DNA of 64,000 bases, from contig OY740809.1 of assembly GCA_963514005.1 (NCBI GenBank), forward strand, positions 14,074,001-14,138,000, read 5' to 3'. Positions 48,166 to 60,107 of the stretch are shown piece by piece. Numbering within the stretch: the stretch's first letter is position 1; each line of letters opens with the position of its first letter. The translations under genes were made by a program, and so were the position numbers. Under the pieces are notes generated by a model, which made no database searches, had not been told where the DNA came from, and worked only from the letters and a program-made list of their open reading frames with translations. Source of the DNA: Raja brachyura (taxonomy: Eukaryota).

Positions 48166-49393
48166 GAATAATTTTTTTATTAGCAATAAACAATTCTCAA
48201 TGTTTAAAACTGAGTTATAAACATCCACTTAAATCAATATTTGTACTCTAATGATTATTATCTTTTTTTTTTTTTTGAAAATAAAAGTGGGTATAGAGAA
48301 ATACCATTATTAATCAATAAAATTATAATTCCTTAATAATTATTTGGTATAAAAGAAAAAGAAAAAATGAAGAAAAAGAAAAAAGACATATTATGTATAT
48401 ATATCAATTAAAAGCCACAAAATATATTATAAATGAAACAACTACAAATAATAATATCAGTAAAGACATGCATATATCCTGGTATACCAATACATTATTT
48501 TCATCAAATCCCGCAGGGTGTCAGTCGAGCCGTGATGCCAAGAACAGCTACTTCTCTAAATACTGTATATATGGAGACCATATCTGTTGAAAAGAATTAT
48601 ACTCGTCCAAAAGGACAAATCTGATTCTTTCCAACTGCAACGTCTCCAACATCTCTGATGCCCACATTTTAATTGTTGGGGATAATGTTCCCTTCCAAAA
48701 TTTCAATATTATTTTTTTCCCCAATATCAAACAATAATCAAGGAAATTTCTTTGGTCTGGTGTAAATATCAAATTAGCCTCTGGAATTCCCAGTATTATT
48801 AGCTTTGGGTCAGGTTCTAATTTAACCTTAAGAACTTCAGAAATTACTTTAAAAATTTCTGTCCAATAATAATTCAATTTAGGACATGTAACAAAACTGT
48901 GTGTTAAATTTGCTTCTAAATTCTTACATTTATCACAAATAGAGGAGAGATTAGGAAATATACTATTTAATATACTATTTAATTTGAATAATGTAATCTA
49001 TATAATACTTTAAATTGTATTAATATATGTCTAGCATTTAACGAGCACCGGTGTATTCGTTGTAGACTTTCTCCCCAATTTTCTTTGGTTATAGGTGATC
49101 CAATTTCATTTTCCCATGCTTGACGATATGTTTCAGTTATTGGATTCTCATTATCCATAATGATGTTATATATATAAGCTATTAATTTTTCTGTGGTTGG
49201 ATGCCAGTTAAACGATTCATCTAATAATCCTGGTTCCTTATTTTTAAAATCCTGTGTATTAGATTTAATATAATCTCTAATTTGGAAATACCTAAACAAA
49301 TGCTGTGAAGACAATCCGTAGATATCTTGTAATTCCTGAAATGAAAGAAATTTTCCATTTCTATAAAGGTGCTCTACCCTTGTAATTCCTAAA
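48166..49393 (-). mobile_element. L1-clade LINE 3' fragment
   Basis: ORF2 C-terminus CDKCKNLEANLTHSFVTCPKL. 14-bp TSD tttgtgtctatctt at 48152-48165 and 49394-49407. Confidence 0.88.
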
Positions 49394-49884
49394 TTTGTGT
49401 CTATCTTAGGGTAAAAAAAAACAGCATCTGTAGTTCTTTTCTACACACCCAGTTTACCCTGATGGCCTTCATCACATGGTGACCAGTGGAGACTTGGAGG
49501 TAAGTATCTGACTCCAACACTGAGTGCCAAACTGATAGTGACCAGGAGCAGATAGTCAGGGACCACTTTGGGCGTGAGAAGGACTAAGCTGGATTCATGA
49601 CGAGTCTAGGCTTGGCAATAGGGATCGAAGCCTGAGACTGATGACCCATGGACTAATGGTCCAAGACCCAGATAGATTAGATAGTTTTGGACCTGGTCCC
49701 ACCTCTGGACCCAAAAACAGATCCAGAACCATTTCCATCGCCAAACACACTTGTATTGTGAAGATGGTATAACAATCCGTCATTATACGACAATGATAGT
49801 ACTGGTGTATAGAGGTCTGCTTCTGCATAGTTCTGGGGTACAGCACTAGTGGGCATGAGATCTGTCATTTTATAACATTTTGGT

Positions 49885-50120
49885 ACAGGAGTTTGTGTGT
49901 TCTCCCCATGACCTGCGTGGGTTTTCTCCGGGTGCTCAGAGTTCCACGCACACTCCAAAGACATACAGGTTTGTAGGTTAATTGGCTTGGTAGAAATTGT
50001 AAATTGTCCCTAGTGTGTGTGAGATAGTGTTAATATGCAGGAATCGCTGGTGGATGGGGACTCGGTGGGCCGAAGGACCTGTTTCTGCGCTGTATCTCTA
50101 AACTACAACTAAACTAAACT
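49885..50120 (+). mobile_element. V-SINE/HE1-like SINE (headless)
   Basis: ggagtttgtgtgttctccccatgacctgcgtgggttttctccggg; (taaac)n tail. Confidence 0.8.
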
Positions 50121-50319
50121 TTCCTGGTCTATAAACCATATTCCGAGGACTGGCGTCTGTTAAAAACACATCAGCAAAATGATGGAATTGTACTTATTCA
50201 TCAATAACTCGCTCACTAATGATGTGCTCATTTCTCCAGGACCACTGGGCATCAGACCTCATCACAATCATGGTGCAAGCATGAAGATCTGGAGGTGAGG
50301 TGAGAATGACTACTCTTGA

Positions 50320-51660
50320 CGAGCCTCAACGACTTCCACTTACTCCCATCATCACCAAGTGCTTCGAGAGGCTGGTCCTGGCACACCTGGCACAAAGCTG
50401 CCTACCTCCCACACTGGACTCCTATCAATTTCCCTACCGCTAGAACAGGAGTACGGAGGATGCTATCTCAATGGCACTCCACGCCACCCTCTCCCACCTC
50501 GACAACAGAGAAACCTACGTGAGAATTCTGTTCATCGACTATAGCTCAGCATTTAACACCATTATCCCCTCAAAACTCATCACCAAACTCAGCGACCTGG
50601 GCATCAACCCCTCCCTCTGCAACTGGTTACTGGACTTTCTAACTAACAGACCCCAGTCTGTTAGGTTGGACAACCACACCTCTTCAACCCTCACCCTGAA
50701 CACTGGCGTTCCACAGGGCTGTGTACTGAGCCCCCTCCTCTACTCCCTCTTCACCTACGACTGCACACCTGTACATGGTTCTAACACCGTCATCAAGTAT
50801 GCAGATGATACAACGGTGATTGGTCTCATCAGCGACAACAATTAATCGGCCCATAGGGAGGAGGTTCAGCTCCTAGCAGCATGGTGCACTGACAACAACC
50901 TGGATCTTAATTCCAAGAAGACCAAGGAGCTCATAGTGGACTACAGAAGGTCTAGGGGTTGTACGCACACCCCCATCCATATTAACGGGACGGAGGTGGA
51001 ACGTGTTTCCAGCTACAGGTTTCTGGGGGTCAACATCTCTGATGACCTCTCTTGGACCCACAATACCTCAACACTGGTCAAGAAAGCTCACCAGCGTCTC
51101 TTCTTCCTGAGGAGACTAAAGAAGGTCCATCTGTCTCCTCAGATTCTGGTGAACTTCTACCGCTGCACCATCGAGAGCATCCTTACCAACTATATCACAG
51201 TATGGTATGGCAACTGCTCTGTCTCCGACCGGAAAGCATTGCAGAGGGTGGTGAAAACCGCCCAACGCATCACCGGTTCCTCACTCCCCTCCATTGAGTA
51301 TGTCCAAAGCAAGTGATGTCTGCGAAGGGCGCGCAGCATCGTCAAGGACTGATCTCACCCCAACCACAGACTGTTTACCCTCCTCCCATCCGGGAGGCGC
51401 TACAAGTCCCTCCATTGCCGGACCAGCAGGTTCAGGAACAGCTTCTTCCCTGCGGCTGTTACACTACTTAACTCTGCACCTCGGTGATTGCCAGTCACCC
51501 CCCCCGGACACTCCTTGCCCCAGTAAAATTGCACTACTGATACTTTGTACATATATATATTTTACTGTCCATTATTCTATGTTTGCTCTTCTGGGTGAGA
51601 TGCTAACTGCATTTTGTTGTCTCAATGACAATTAAACATTGAATTGGTTGAATTGATTGA
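50320..51660 (+). mobile_element. Rex1/Babar LINE, 5'-truncated
   Basis: [12 protein letters not shown]...[15 protein letters not shown]...KYADD; KKAHQRLFFLRRLKK. Confidence 0.92.
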
Positions 51661-54600
51661 CACAAAGTCTGGCTTTAAGGAGTTCTAGACAAAAATGAAA
51701 TAAATGCATGAGAAGTGGAAAGCACTCTGATGGTTGGAGAGCTTCCTCTTACTGAGGACGATGATCATGGATGTTGGAGGTCCATCATCCCAGATACATC
51801 ACCAGTGTTCTTTAAGTCAGTGTTATCTTCAACTACATCATGTCAGAAGTGCGATGTGTGTTGAATATTGAACGTTGTTCAATATAATTCACAATGCACG
51901 CCAACGGAAGCAGACCATTGTTTTTATGCAGCAAGACCTGGACAATAGTCAAATGGTAAATGGCAAGTAAGATTTGTGTAGCAATTATAGACAATAACCA
52001 TCTCCAATAAGTGTCTAACTACCCATCCACAATGTCCAGTATATTATTATTGCTGAGTTATCCAATATCAACAAGACCAGGAAAAGGAATACACTACAAA
52101 AAAATAATGATTCTTCAGGTGACCCTTTGAGGCTGTGCTGTTCGATCCAATCCCAGCAGTACTTAATCCATAGCTCTTCCAGTCCAAGTACTGCCCAAAG
52201 TCATAGGAGTCATCATTAATCAGATACAGTAAATACTGTGACTTCAATAACAATTCAGATTCCTAGTATCTTGGGTGAGTGACTCACCTGTTGACGTGTC
52301 AAAGTTTCTCTACTGCATGAGTTTTTTTAAACCATGGGTCAGGAGCTTGACTCCCTCTCACCAAACTCCCTCTCACCAAACTCCCTCTCGCCAAACCCAA
52401 TTGTTGTGCCCTGGAAAGCAATACTCCACAGAACTAGATTTTGTGCCGTTATTTTGTGTGTTAATTAAACATGTGTTCATGTTTTCATGTGTTCATGTTT
52501 TCATGTGTTTTCATTAACTAATGGCTCTCCCTTTCCACGTAATCCTGCAACTTATTCTCTTCCACACCCCTATCGACTCATCCTGATTCCTTCGCGACTT
52601 ACCAATGTCAAAGGATAATTAATAAAACCAATTGTTGTGTCCTGGAAGGCAATACTCCGCAGAACTAGATTTTGTGTGGTTAATTAACTCTCCAGCTAAA
52701 TCTTTGGGATTTGGGAGGAAATTGGAGGACTCAGCCAATACTTGCACAGTCACGAGGAGAATTTGCAAATTCTACGTACACTGCACAAATTTCAAGTCAA
52801 TTACTTTTTAAAAATAAATTGCAGAATATCAGTTACAGCACGGAGGGGCTCATATGGAATGACAGTCGAGTAAAACGTTTTTCCTACTTATAATATGTGA
52901 CCTTAAATGAAATAGCCACATGCAAATATGATATAGTGATTGGTCTTACACATCAGATTTGATTTTGTACAAAAGAGTAAGGTATTTGACAGGAAATCGG
53001 CATGAAAATAAAATTTGGCAGGGGTATAAAATGAGTTGCCACCAACACCTTTTGTAAAATGAGATTAATGGCGATAGTCAGAGATGTGGACTCAGTGCAA
53101 AATATTGGTAAGAAATTGCGGGTTAGCAAGTCTGTAGAGAAGAGATCAGTTTCATCAAAGCTGAATGATTGAAGGTCCAATCATTAGCGGAAACGTATAT
53201 TTTATTCCCAGTTGAGTGATGTATTAATAGGATAGCAAGAACAAAAATTTCCTTCACACCATTGATGCCATCCCTCGTTTGTCCAGTGACATTGATAAAT
53301 GAGTAGGCACTCGCAAAGGTCTTGCAGTAAACAGTCCTGTATTCTATTGCAGGAGCTGATAAGTTACTTTACAACCATTGGTCTCAAAATATCAAGAACA
53401 TGTAACTGTGGAGCAGGCAGTATGAGAGAGAATTAAAAGTGAACCTTTGAATGAATTCCATGCTTTGAAATGCATACTGATTGGTGCCTGTTTGTGCTGG
53501 GCTAATATAATAAGTGTGATCTGCACCATGTTATCTGCGTAAGTGTGGCAAAACCCAGGCTCTTAATTAAACACGGAAACTGCCCATTACTTTAACAGCC
53601 ACACAAGGAGCACAGTCATGGTGGAAACGCCGCAGGTATTTTGGCCAATTTAGGTTGTGAGCAAAAGGAACAGAAATAGTCCAGAGACACAATGAACTGC
53701 AGATTCTGGAGCGTTAAAGCAATAGACAAACATCGGGTCAGGCAGCATCTATGGAGGGAATGGACAGACGATGCTTTAGATCAGCACCCTTCTTTCGATC
53801 TACAGAAGTAATCCATTTGGCCCTCACGGTTACCTGTATTTCAGAGCTTGAACAAATAGTTTTCACATATCAAAAATAAATTAACAGAAATTAATAATTA
53901 AAAAAAAAAATCCTTTACAAGGAAGATTTATAACTTATCAAATGGGTTGCAGCAACCAAGACTTCTTGGACAATCTCTCGGGACCACAAGAAAATAAGAA
54001 ACGGGAGCAAGAATTGGCCATTTGGCCCATGTGGTCTGCCCTACTACTCTATTATGTCATGATGACCAATCCAATTTTGGCCTCAGCGCCATTTTTCCAT
54101 ACCTCTTGACTCCCTTGCAGCGTAGGTTTTGCAGCTTTTCCTGGAATATTTTTCTTCGATTCCACCACCACTACCTGGGGTACAGAATTCCAAAGAGTTG
54201 CAACCTTTAAGAGAAGAAATTCTTCTTCATTCTTACCTCAAATGGGTGATCCCTTCTTCTGAAATCATGCTCACCAGTTCTTGGTACACCCAAAATGGGG
54301 GTGAAGTTCTATCTGCATCCACCCAATCCATTTCCCTCAAGATCTTACATCAATAAATGAGGTAACCTCTCCTTCTAAACATTGGTAGTTTGCTCAGTGC
54401 AGCTTGCTCAGTCTCACTTCACACTTCAACCCTGGAATCAACCCCATGATACCTCTCTGTACTGCCTCCAATGCCGGCAGATCCTTACATCTAGCCATAA
54501 CCGAGGTGTGGTCCCATCAGCTCCCCATAAAGATGCATCGAAACCACTGAACATTTACACTCTCTATCCCTTGCATTAACGGCTAGCATTCCATTAGCTG

Positions 54601-55129
54601 GTCAAATGACTTGCTTCTTCAGAGTCAATGGGAGATACCAGTTGCACCGAGTACCTTCAACAACAAATTCAATATTTTGCAATTGAATGGTGGGGACTAT
54701 GACATTGCATATTGCATCTGGCCATTTCTCATAACATCCCTCCCTAACTTTTACCTGGGAGATGTACAAGAAATAGCAGCAGCAGAAAAAAGTACCACTC
54801 CAGCGCTGCACTAACACTATTGACAAACTACTGCCTGTAATATTATCACACAGTCAAACGTTTAAAGGGAATGACACTCATCACAGGAAAATGTTGGGAG
54901 CAGTGTCAACCATTATACTGAATGTTTATGACCTGATAAACCTTTGACTGAAGAATCCTTTGCAAACTTGACTATGCTCAGATCTTGCCTCCATTCTGCC
55001 TCTGCCCCATGATGTCCTACAAGCTTTGATTTCAACCAACAGATCCACCACAGACACAACCTCAGTGCCTACTGCAGTCAGGCCAGGCCATGACATCACC
55101 CCAATCTTCCTCACAGTGCATCACCTTCA

Positions 55130-55425
55130 ACAAGCTGCACACGGGAGTGGGGTTTATCCGGTGAACCAAATGAAAACGATGCAGCTTTGTTGCCCACCAC
55201 TCGTTCAGCACCACCCATCCCAACCTCAGTCATCCAGTGTATGGATGAAGAGAAGAAATGCACCATCTTGTGCTCTAACAACCCACCCAAATTGCCCTGT
55301 CAAGCACATCTGTCCCATCTGTGGCAAAGCCTGTAGTTCTCCCATCTGCCTCCCAGCCATGTCAAATCCCGCAGGATGATTTTTGAAGCAAGTCATCCTC
55401 GACACTGAGGGACAACCAACTACAA
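55130..55425 (+). mobile_element. Old RTE-clade LINE 3' remnant
   Basis: HICPICGKACSSPICL knuckle-like remnant followed by gcaagtcatcctcga...gaggga. Confidence 0.55.
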
Positions 55426-56835
55426 CAGTGACAGCAGCTCTCTAATGCTTTGTTAGACTTACTGCAGTGCACACAGCGGCCTTGCATGGAAGCAATATGT
55501 GCGTAGGTGACTGCGACAAAGTTCTCTGCGGCATGCAAGGAGGTGGCGAGAGTTGAATTTTAACTCCAAAACAATTGCTTGGAGATTATGATCATACAAT
55601 CTGACGGAATTTTCAGGCTAATATGTTTTGGATTATCTTAAACCTACTTTTCATAAATTATTACTGCTTTTATTGCCCTCATACATTAAACCCAGTTTCT
55701 ACTTCTTAAAATCATTCTATATCTTAAAATCTAATGGTGGTTTAATGAGCAACATTATCTTTTAGGTTATTGTTATTTGGAACAGGATAATTCCATGATT
55801 CTATAAAAAACACTTCAATCTTCAGAAATTTTAGAGCCATGATATGGACTTTTTTGAATTTTTAAATGATAATAATTAAATTGAGAGAATGTTCAAATGA
55901 TCAAAGTATGATGGGATAATAACATATTATAATGGATGTTTCTTAATTGTCAAACACTAGAGGGCCTAGCTTTAAGGGGAAAGGGGAAAAGTTTAAAGAA
56001 GATGTGCGGGGCATGTTTTTGACACAGACAGCAGTGGGTACCTAGAATGAGCTGCTGGGGGTGGTGGTGGAGGCAGATACAATAAGGGCATTAAAGAATC
56101 TTTTAGATAGGCACGTTTGGCTCTAAAATGCGTCTTCGCTGACACATCAAGCACTTTCCTAACTTCAGTTCCTGATAGGCAGTTGTGTTTTACACCTTCT
56201 CTAGTTGGGCCATCCACATATAGTTTTGAAAAACCTTCCTGGACACCCATAACAAGTTCTGCCTCATATAGTTGTTTAGTACGAAAATGGTCTCAGTCAA
56301 AATTAAGGAGGTTAAAATCACCTACTTTTACATATGGTATGCTTGCTTTCATTGGTCAGGGCATTGAGTATAAGTGTCAGGAATTCTCCAAGCAGTTTTA
56401 TAGGATGTCGGTTAAACTGCATTTGCAGTATTGTCTGCAGTTCTGGTTATGCCATTGCAGGAAGGGTGTGGAGGCTTTGGAAAGGGTACAGAGGAGGTTT
56501 ATCACTATGTTACCTGGATAAGGGAACATTAGTACAGGAAGAGGTTGGACAGACTTACATTGTTTTCTCTCGAATGCCAGATGTTACAGAGAGACCTGAT
56601 AGAAGTATGTAGAATAGTAAGATTGAACGAGAACTTACCAGTTCGAAGGTTGATCTTTATTTTATGAGGAGTCGAAGTGAGGGATTTCGTGAAGAGCCCG
56701 CTGGCGCGCATGCTCGACATACTTCAAAGTAGCGGCGTGGAATCACAGAAACCAACAATAGAAATGACTTCGCATAGTATGATTGAAGTGACTAAGATTA
56801 CCAGATGAAGGTGATTGAGGGTTGGGCGAGGAGGG

Positions 56836-56948
56836 CACGAAATCCCTCACTTCGACTCCTCATAAAATAAAGATCAACCTTCGAACTGGTAAGCTCTCGT
56901 TCAATCTTACTATTTCATTTCGGAGTCACGTGAGTGACTTCGTGAAGA
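56836..56948. repeat. ICR of DIRS-C (junction ATT at 56912-56914)
   Basis: Reverse complement of both element termini. Confidence 0.95.
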
Positions 56949-57090
56949 CTTCAAAGCTTCTGTGATTACACGCCCTGGACCACGTCCATGCTGACACACC
57001 ACTACCAGGGATGGATGGGAGGAACAAACTTGCTCAATAGTTCATACTGCAAAACAAGAGCATATTTATTAATAACAAATCAAAAACCCC

Positions 57091-58074
57091 TCATGCGGGG
57101 ACATCTCCACGTTCTGAACCTGCATTCAGCACGGCTTCTGCCAACTGTAGAGGAGCAGCAACAGGCTTGTTATAAAAACGCTGGAACACAGCTTCATTAG
57201 CCTATCCTGCTGTGGCGAGAATTTGGTCCATGGGCACCTCCATGACCCTCGCTGCTGACGTCGATGCAGCCCTGGTGGAATGAGACTTGAACACATTAGT
57301 GTCGATACCTGACTTACCCAAGACGACTCGAAGCCACCTGGATATCGTCTGGACTGTCACTCGATGATGAGGTCTCTTATGAGTGACAAGCAGGTATCTC
57401 TCCATTCCTCTGATGCGTGCCGTCACCTTGACATAGTGGCGGATATGTGAGGCTAAACATAGCCTAGCATCTGCGGGGTATGCCGGGAACTTCAGCTGCA
57501 GCCCTGTGCACCCAGGTCTATGCTGCTTTAGTAGCTCGTCAATGAAAAAGACTACTTCTGTAGGGGTAGAAGTCATTCTGTCGACACGAAGTTTGTGTAG
57601 TGTCTGTACCCTCTGAGCTGAAGTCAGCGCTAGTAACATCTCCAGCTTCATGGTGAGTTGGTCCAGTTGGAGCCCTTCCATGGGAGACCACGTCCTGAGC
57701 AGGGTTAATACGTCCCTGACATCCCAGGTGATATTATAGCGTGGTGTAGGCGGATTCATATTGAATATACCCCGCATGAGTCTGGGCACTAGCCTGTTGG
57801 ATCCTACCCCAATATTGAGGTAGAATGATAGCGCACTTCTGGCGCTGTTGATGGCACTGTAACTTAAGTGTTCATCATGGTGCAACCCCGCGAGGAATTC
57901 CAGGACGTCGGTTATTGTCACGTCATCGTACGTGATGCGAGAGCGGCTGCAGTAGGCTTCCCACTTCTTAATATGCGAGCGGTATCTTCGCCTTGTGGAC
58001 TCTCGACACGACGCCCCGATGGTATCCATGGTCCGAGCCGAGAGGCCGTATTGGACTAACGGCCTGTTCAGAAC
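57091..58074 (-). pseudogene. DIRS-C tyrosine recombinase (single TGG>TAG at 57202-57204)
   Basis: SAQR, HSTR, ATAG*, FYNK in one frame; first ATG at 58029. Confidence 0.93.
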
Positions 58075-60107
58075 CTGCAAGCCAACAAATTTAAATAGCC
58101 ATGGCAGGGATGTGGCTCCCCTGAGACAGGGTGAGTAACCAATTGTGGGCAACCCTTCAAAAGGACCCAAGGTTCGTTGAGCATGTCAAAGACCACCGGA
58201 TACCAAGGCTGTGTGGGCCAGTCGGGTATAATAAGGATGCCCTTGGCAGCATCTGCCTGAATCTTTCGCAATACCCGACTGATGAGGCAAAATGGGGGGA
58301 AGGCATAGAAAAACCAATTCCCCCAGTCCAGCGAGAATGCATCTAGCGCTATTGCCCCAGGATCTGGTTCCCATGAAACGTAGGTTGGCACCTGATGGTT
58401 CAACCGTGACGCAAAAAGGTCAATGTCCGGTTTACCAAATTCGGCTGTGACTTTAGAAAAAATCTCAGGATGCAACATCCATTCAATATTGTCATTAAAT
58501 TTGCGTGACATGATGTCCGCCACAGTATTAAGCTCACCTGGCAAATAGGTAGCTGAAATCCAAATGTCTCTTTGAACACACCAGAGCCAAATTGAGTTAG
58601 CCAATTTGTCACACGAAACTGACCTGGTACCACCCATATGGTTTAAGTATGCCACTGCTGTGGTGTTGTCTATTTGGAGACGGACATGTGCTCCAACAAG
58701 CTTGGAACAATACGCACGAAGTCCGTGGAATGCTGCCAGCAACTCCAAATAGTTAATCCCTTGAGTCAACAACATCGTTGATTCAAGGGTATCCCATCTG
58801 CCCCCACAACTAGAGCAATTATCCATGGCTCCCCAGCAATTGGAGCTTGCATCAGTCTGCAAATATACCACCGGATTAGCCTCCCTGATAGGCTTGAATG
58901 AGCTGCTAATGTGACACACCCACCATTGCAACTCATTTATCGCTTCGGGCGGCAGCTGCATGGACCGATCATAATGACCAGCGTTCTGTTTTAACGCAGC
59001 AATTTTAGCTCTTTGCAAATTCTGATAATGCAAAGGTCCATATCGCGCTGCCGGAAACAAAGCTACAAGCTTCCCAATTATTGTAGCTGAATGCCGAATC
59101 GATGGTATATTGGTGCGGATTAAATCTTGACACACCTGGGTAACCTCCTCAATCTTGTTAATTGGAATGGTAACCCTCATCCTCATAGAGTTCACCGTGA
59201 ACCCTAGGTAATTAATCACCTGGGCAGGGCAGAACTTTGATTTCTCTGGATGGACAATAAACCCTAATTGTTGAAATATATTGACAGCAGCTGCAACACC
59301 CTGTTCAGCCAATTCCAGGGTGTGGCCCACAATTAAGATATCATCTAAGTAGGCCATAACTATATGGTGTCGTTGTCTCAAATAAGCCATAATTGGTTTC
59401 ACTAATTTAGTGAACAATCTAGGGGCTGTGGTGAGCCCATTAGGCAAAGCCTTGTACTGCCAGAGTTGCCCCATCCAGATGAATTTCAAAAACCTTCTGT
59501 CGTATTTCTGGATGGATACTGAATAATATGCGTCTTTCAAATCGATGCATGCCATAAAGCAACCATGAGAAATCAATGATTTGGCTGTTCCAAACGTATC
59601 CATTTTAAAATGAGTATATGTTACAAAAGTATTCAAACGAGTTAGATCAATAATGACACGACAACCTCCATCCTTCTTAGGTCTGGTGAATATATTCAAA
59701 ACAAATTCAACTGGCTCATGCACCGCTCTCTCAATCACTCCCTTCTGCTCAAGACTTAAAAGTTCCTTGTAGCCTGCTGCCTGTTCTGCAGCAGATAATT
59801 TAAACGTTCGAGCGGGCATGTGCTGGGATGGAGGAATGTCGCCATTAATAAACTCAATTTTATGCCCCTGAATATTCTGCAACACATCCTCGTCACCAGT
59901 AAAATTACCCCATGCACCCAAAAACAACCGAAGGCGACCACCAACATGTGAAGTTAAACAAAGAGAAAAGAGAGAACCAGACCCCCTCACCTCCGTGGTT
60001 ACCGGCGGTCTTTGACACGCGTGGGTGGACGTGGAGGTGCTGAGTTGGCTTGAGGGCGCGGCGTCTTCGTTTTCCACCAGGGTCTCTGCCGACCCTGTCC
60101 TAAAAAA
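58068..60107 (-). CDS. pol: DIRS-C pol (RT, RNase H, Dam-like MT), uninterrupted
   Basis: DLKDAYY, YLDD, TDAS, DNTTA, DLFAS, YAFPPF. GTG stands where B has ATG; the frame is open from the slippery site. Confidence 0.94.
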   Translation of the reverse strand, partial: FFRTGSAETLVENEDAAPSSQLSTSTSTHACQRPPVTTEVRGSGSLFSLCLTSHVGGRLRLFLGAWGNFTGDEDVLQNIQGHKIEFINGDIPPSQHMPARTFKLSAAEQAAGYKELLSLEQKGVIERAVHEPVEFVLNIFTRPKKDGGCRVIIDLTRLNTFVTYTHFKMDTFGTAKSLISHGCFMACIDLKDAYYSVSIQKYDRRFLKFIWMGQLWQYKALPNGLTTAPRLFTKLVKPIMAYLRQRHHIVMAYLDDILIVGHTLELAEQGVAAAVNIFQQLGFIVHPEKSKFCPAQVINYLGFTVNSMRMRVTIPINKIEEVTQVCQDLIRTNIPSIRHSATIIGKLVALFPAARYGPLHYQNLQRAKIAALKQNAGHYDRSMQLPPEAINELQWWVCHISSSFKPIREANPVVYLQTDASSNCWGAMDNCSSCGGRWDTLESTMLLTQGINYLELLAAFHGLRAYCSKLVGAHVRLQIDNTTAVAYLNHMGGTRSVSCDKLANSIWLWCVQRDIWISATYLPGELNTVADIMSRKFNDNIEWMLHPEIFSKVTAEFGKPDIDLFASRLNHQVPTYVSWEPDPGAIALDAFSLDWGNWFFYAFPPFCLISRVLRKIQADAAKGILIIPDWPTQPWYPVVFDMLNEPWVLLKGCPQLVTHPVSGEPHPCHGYLNLLACRF

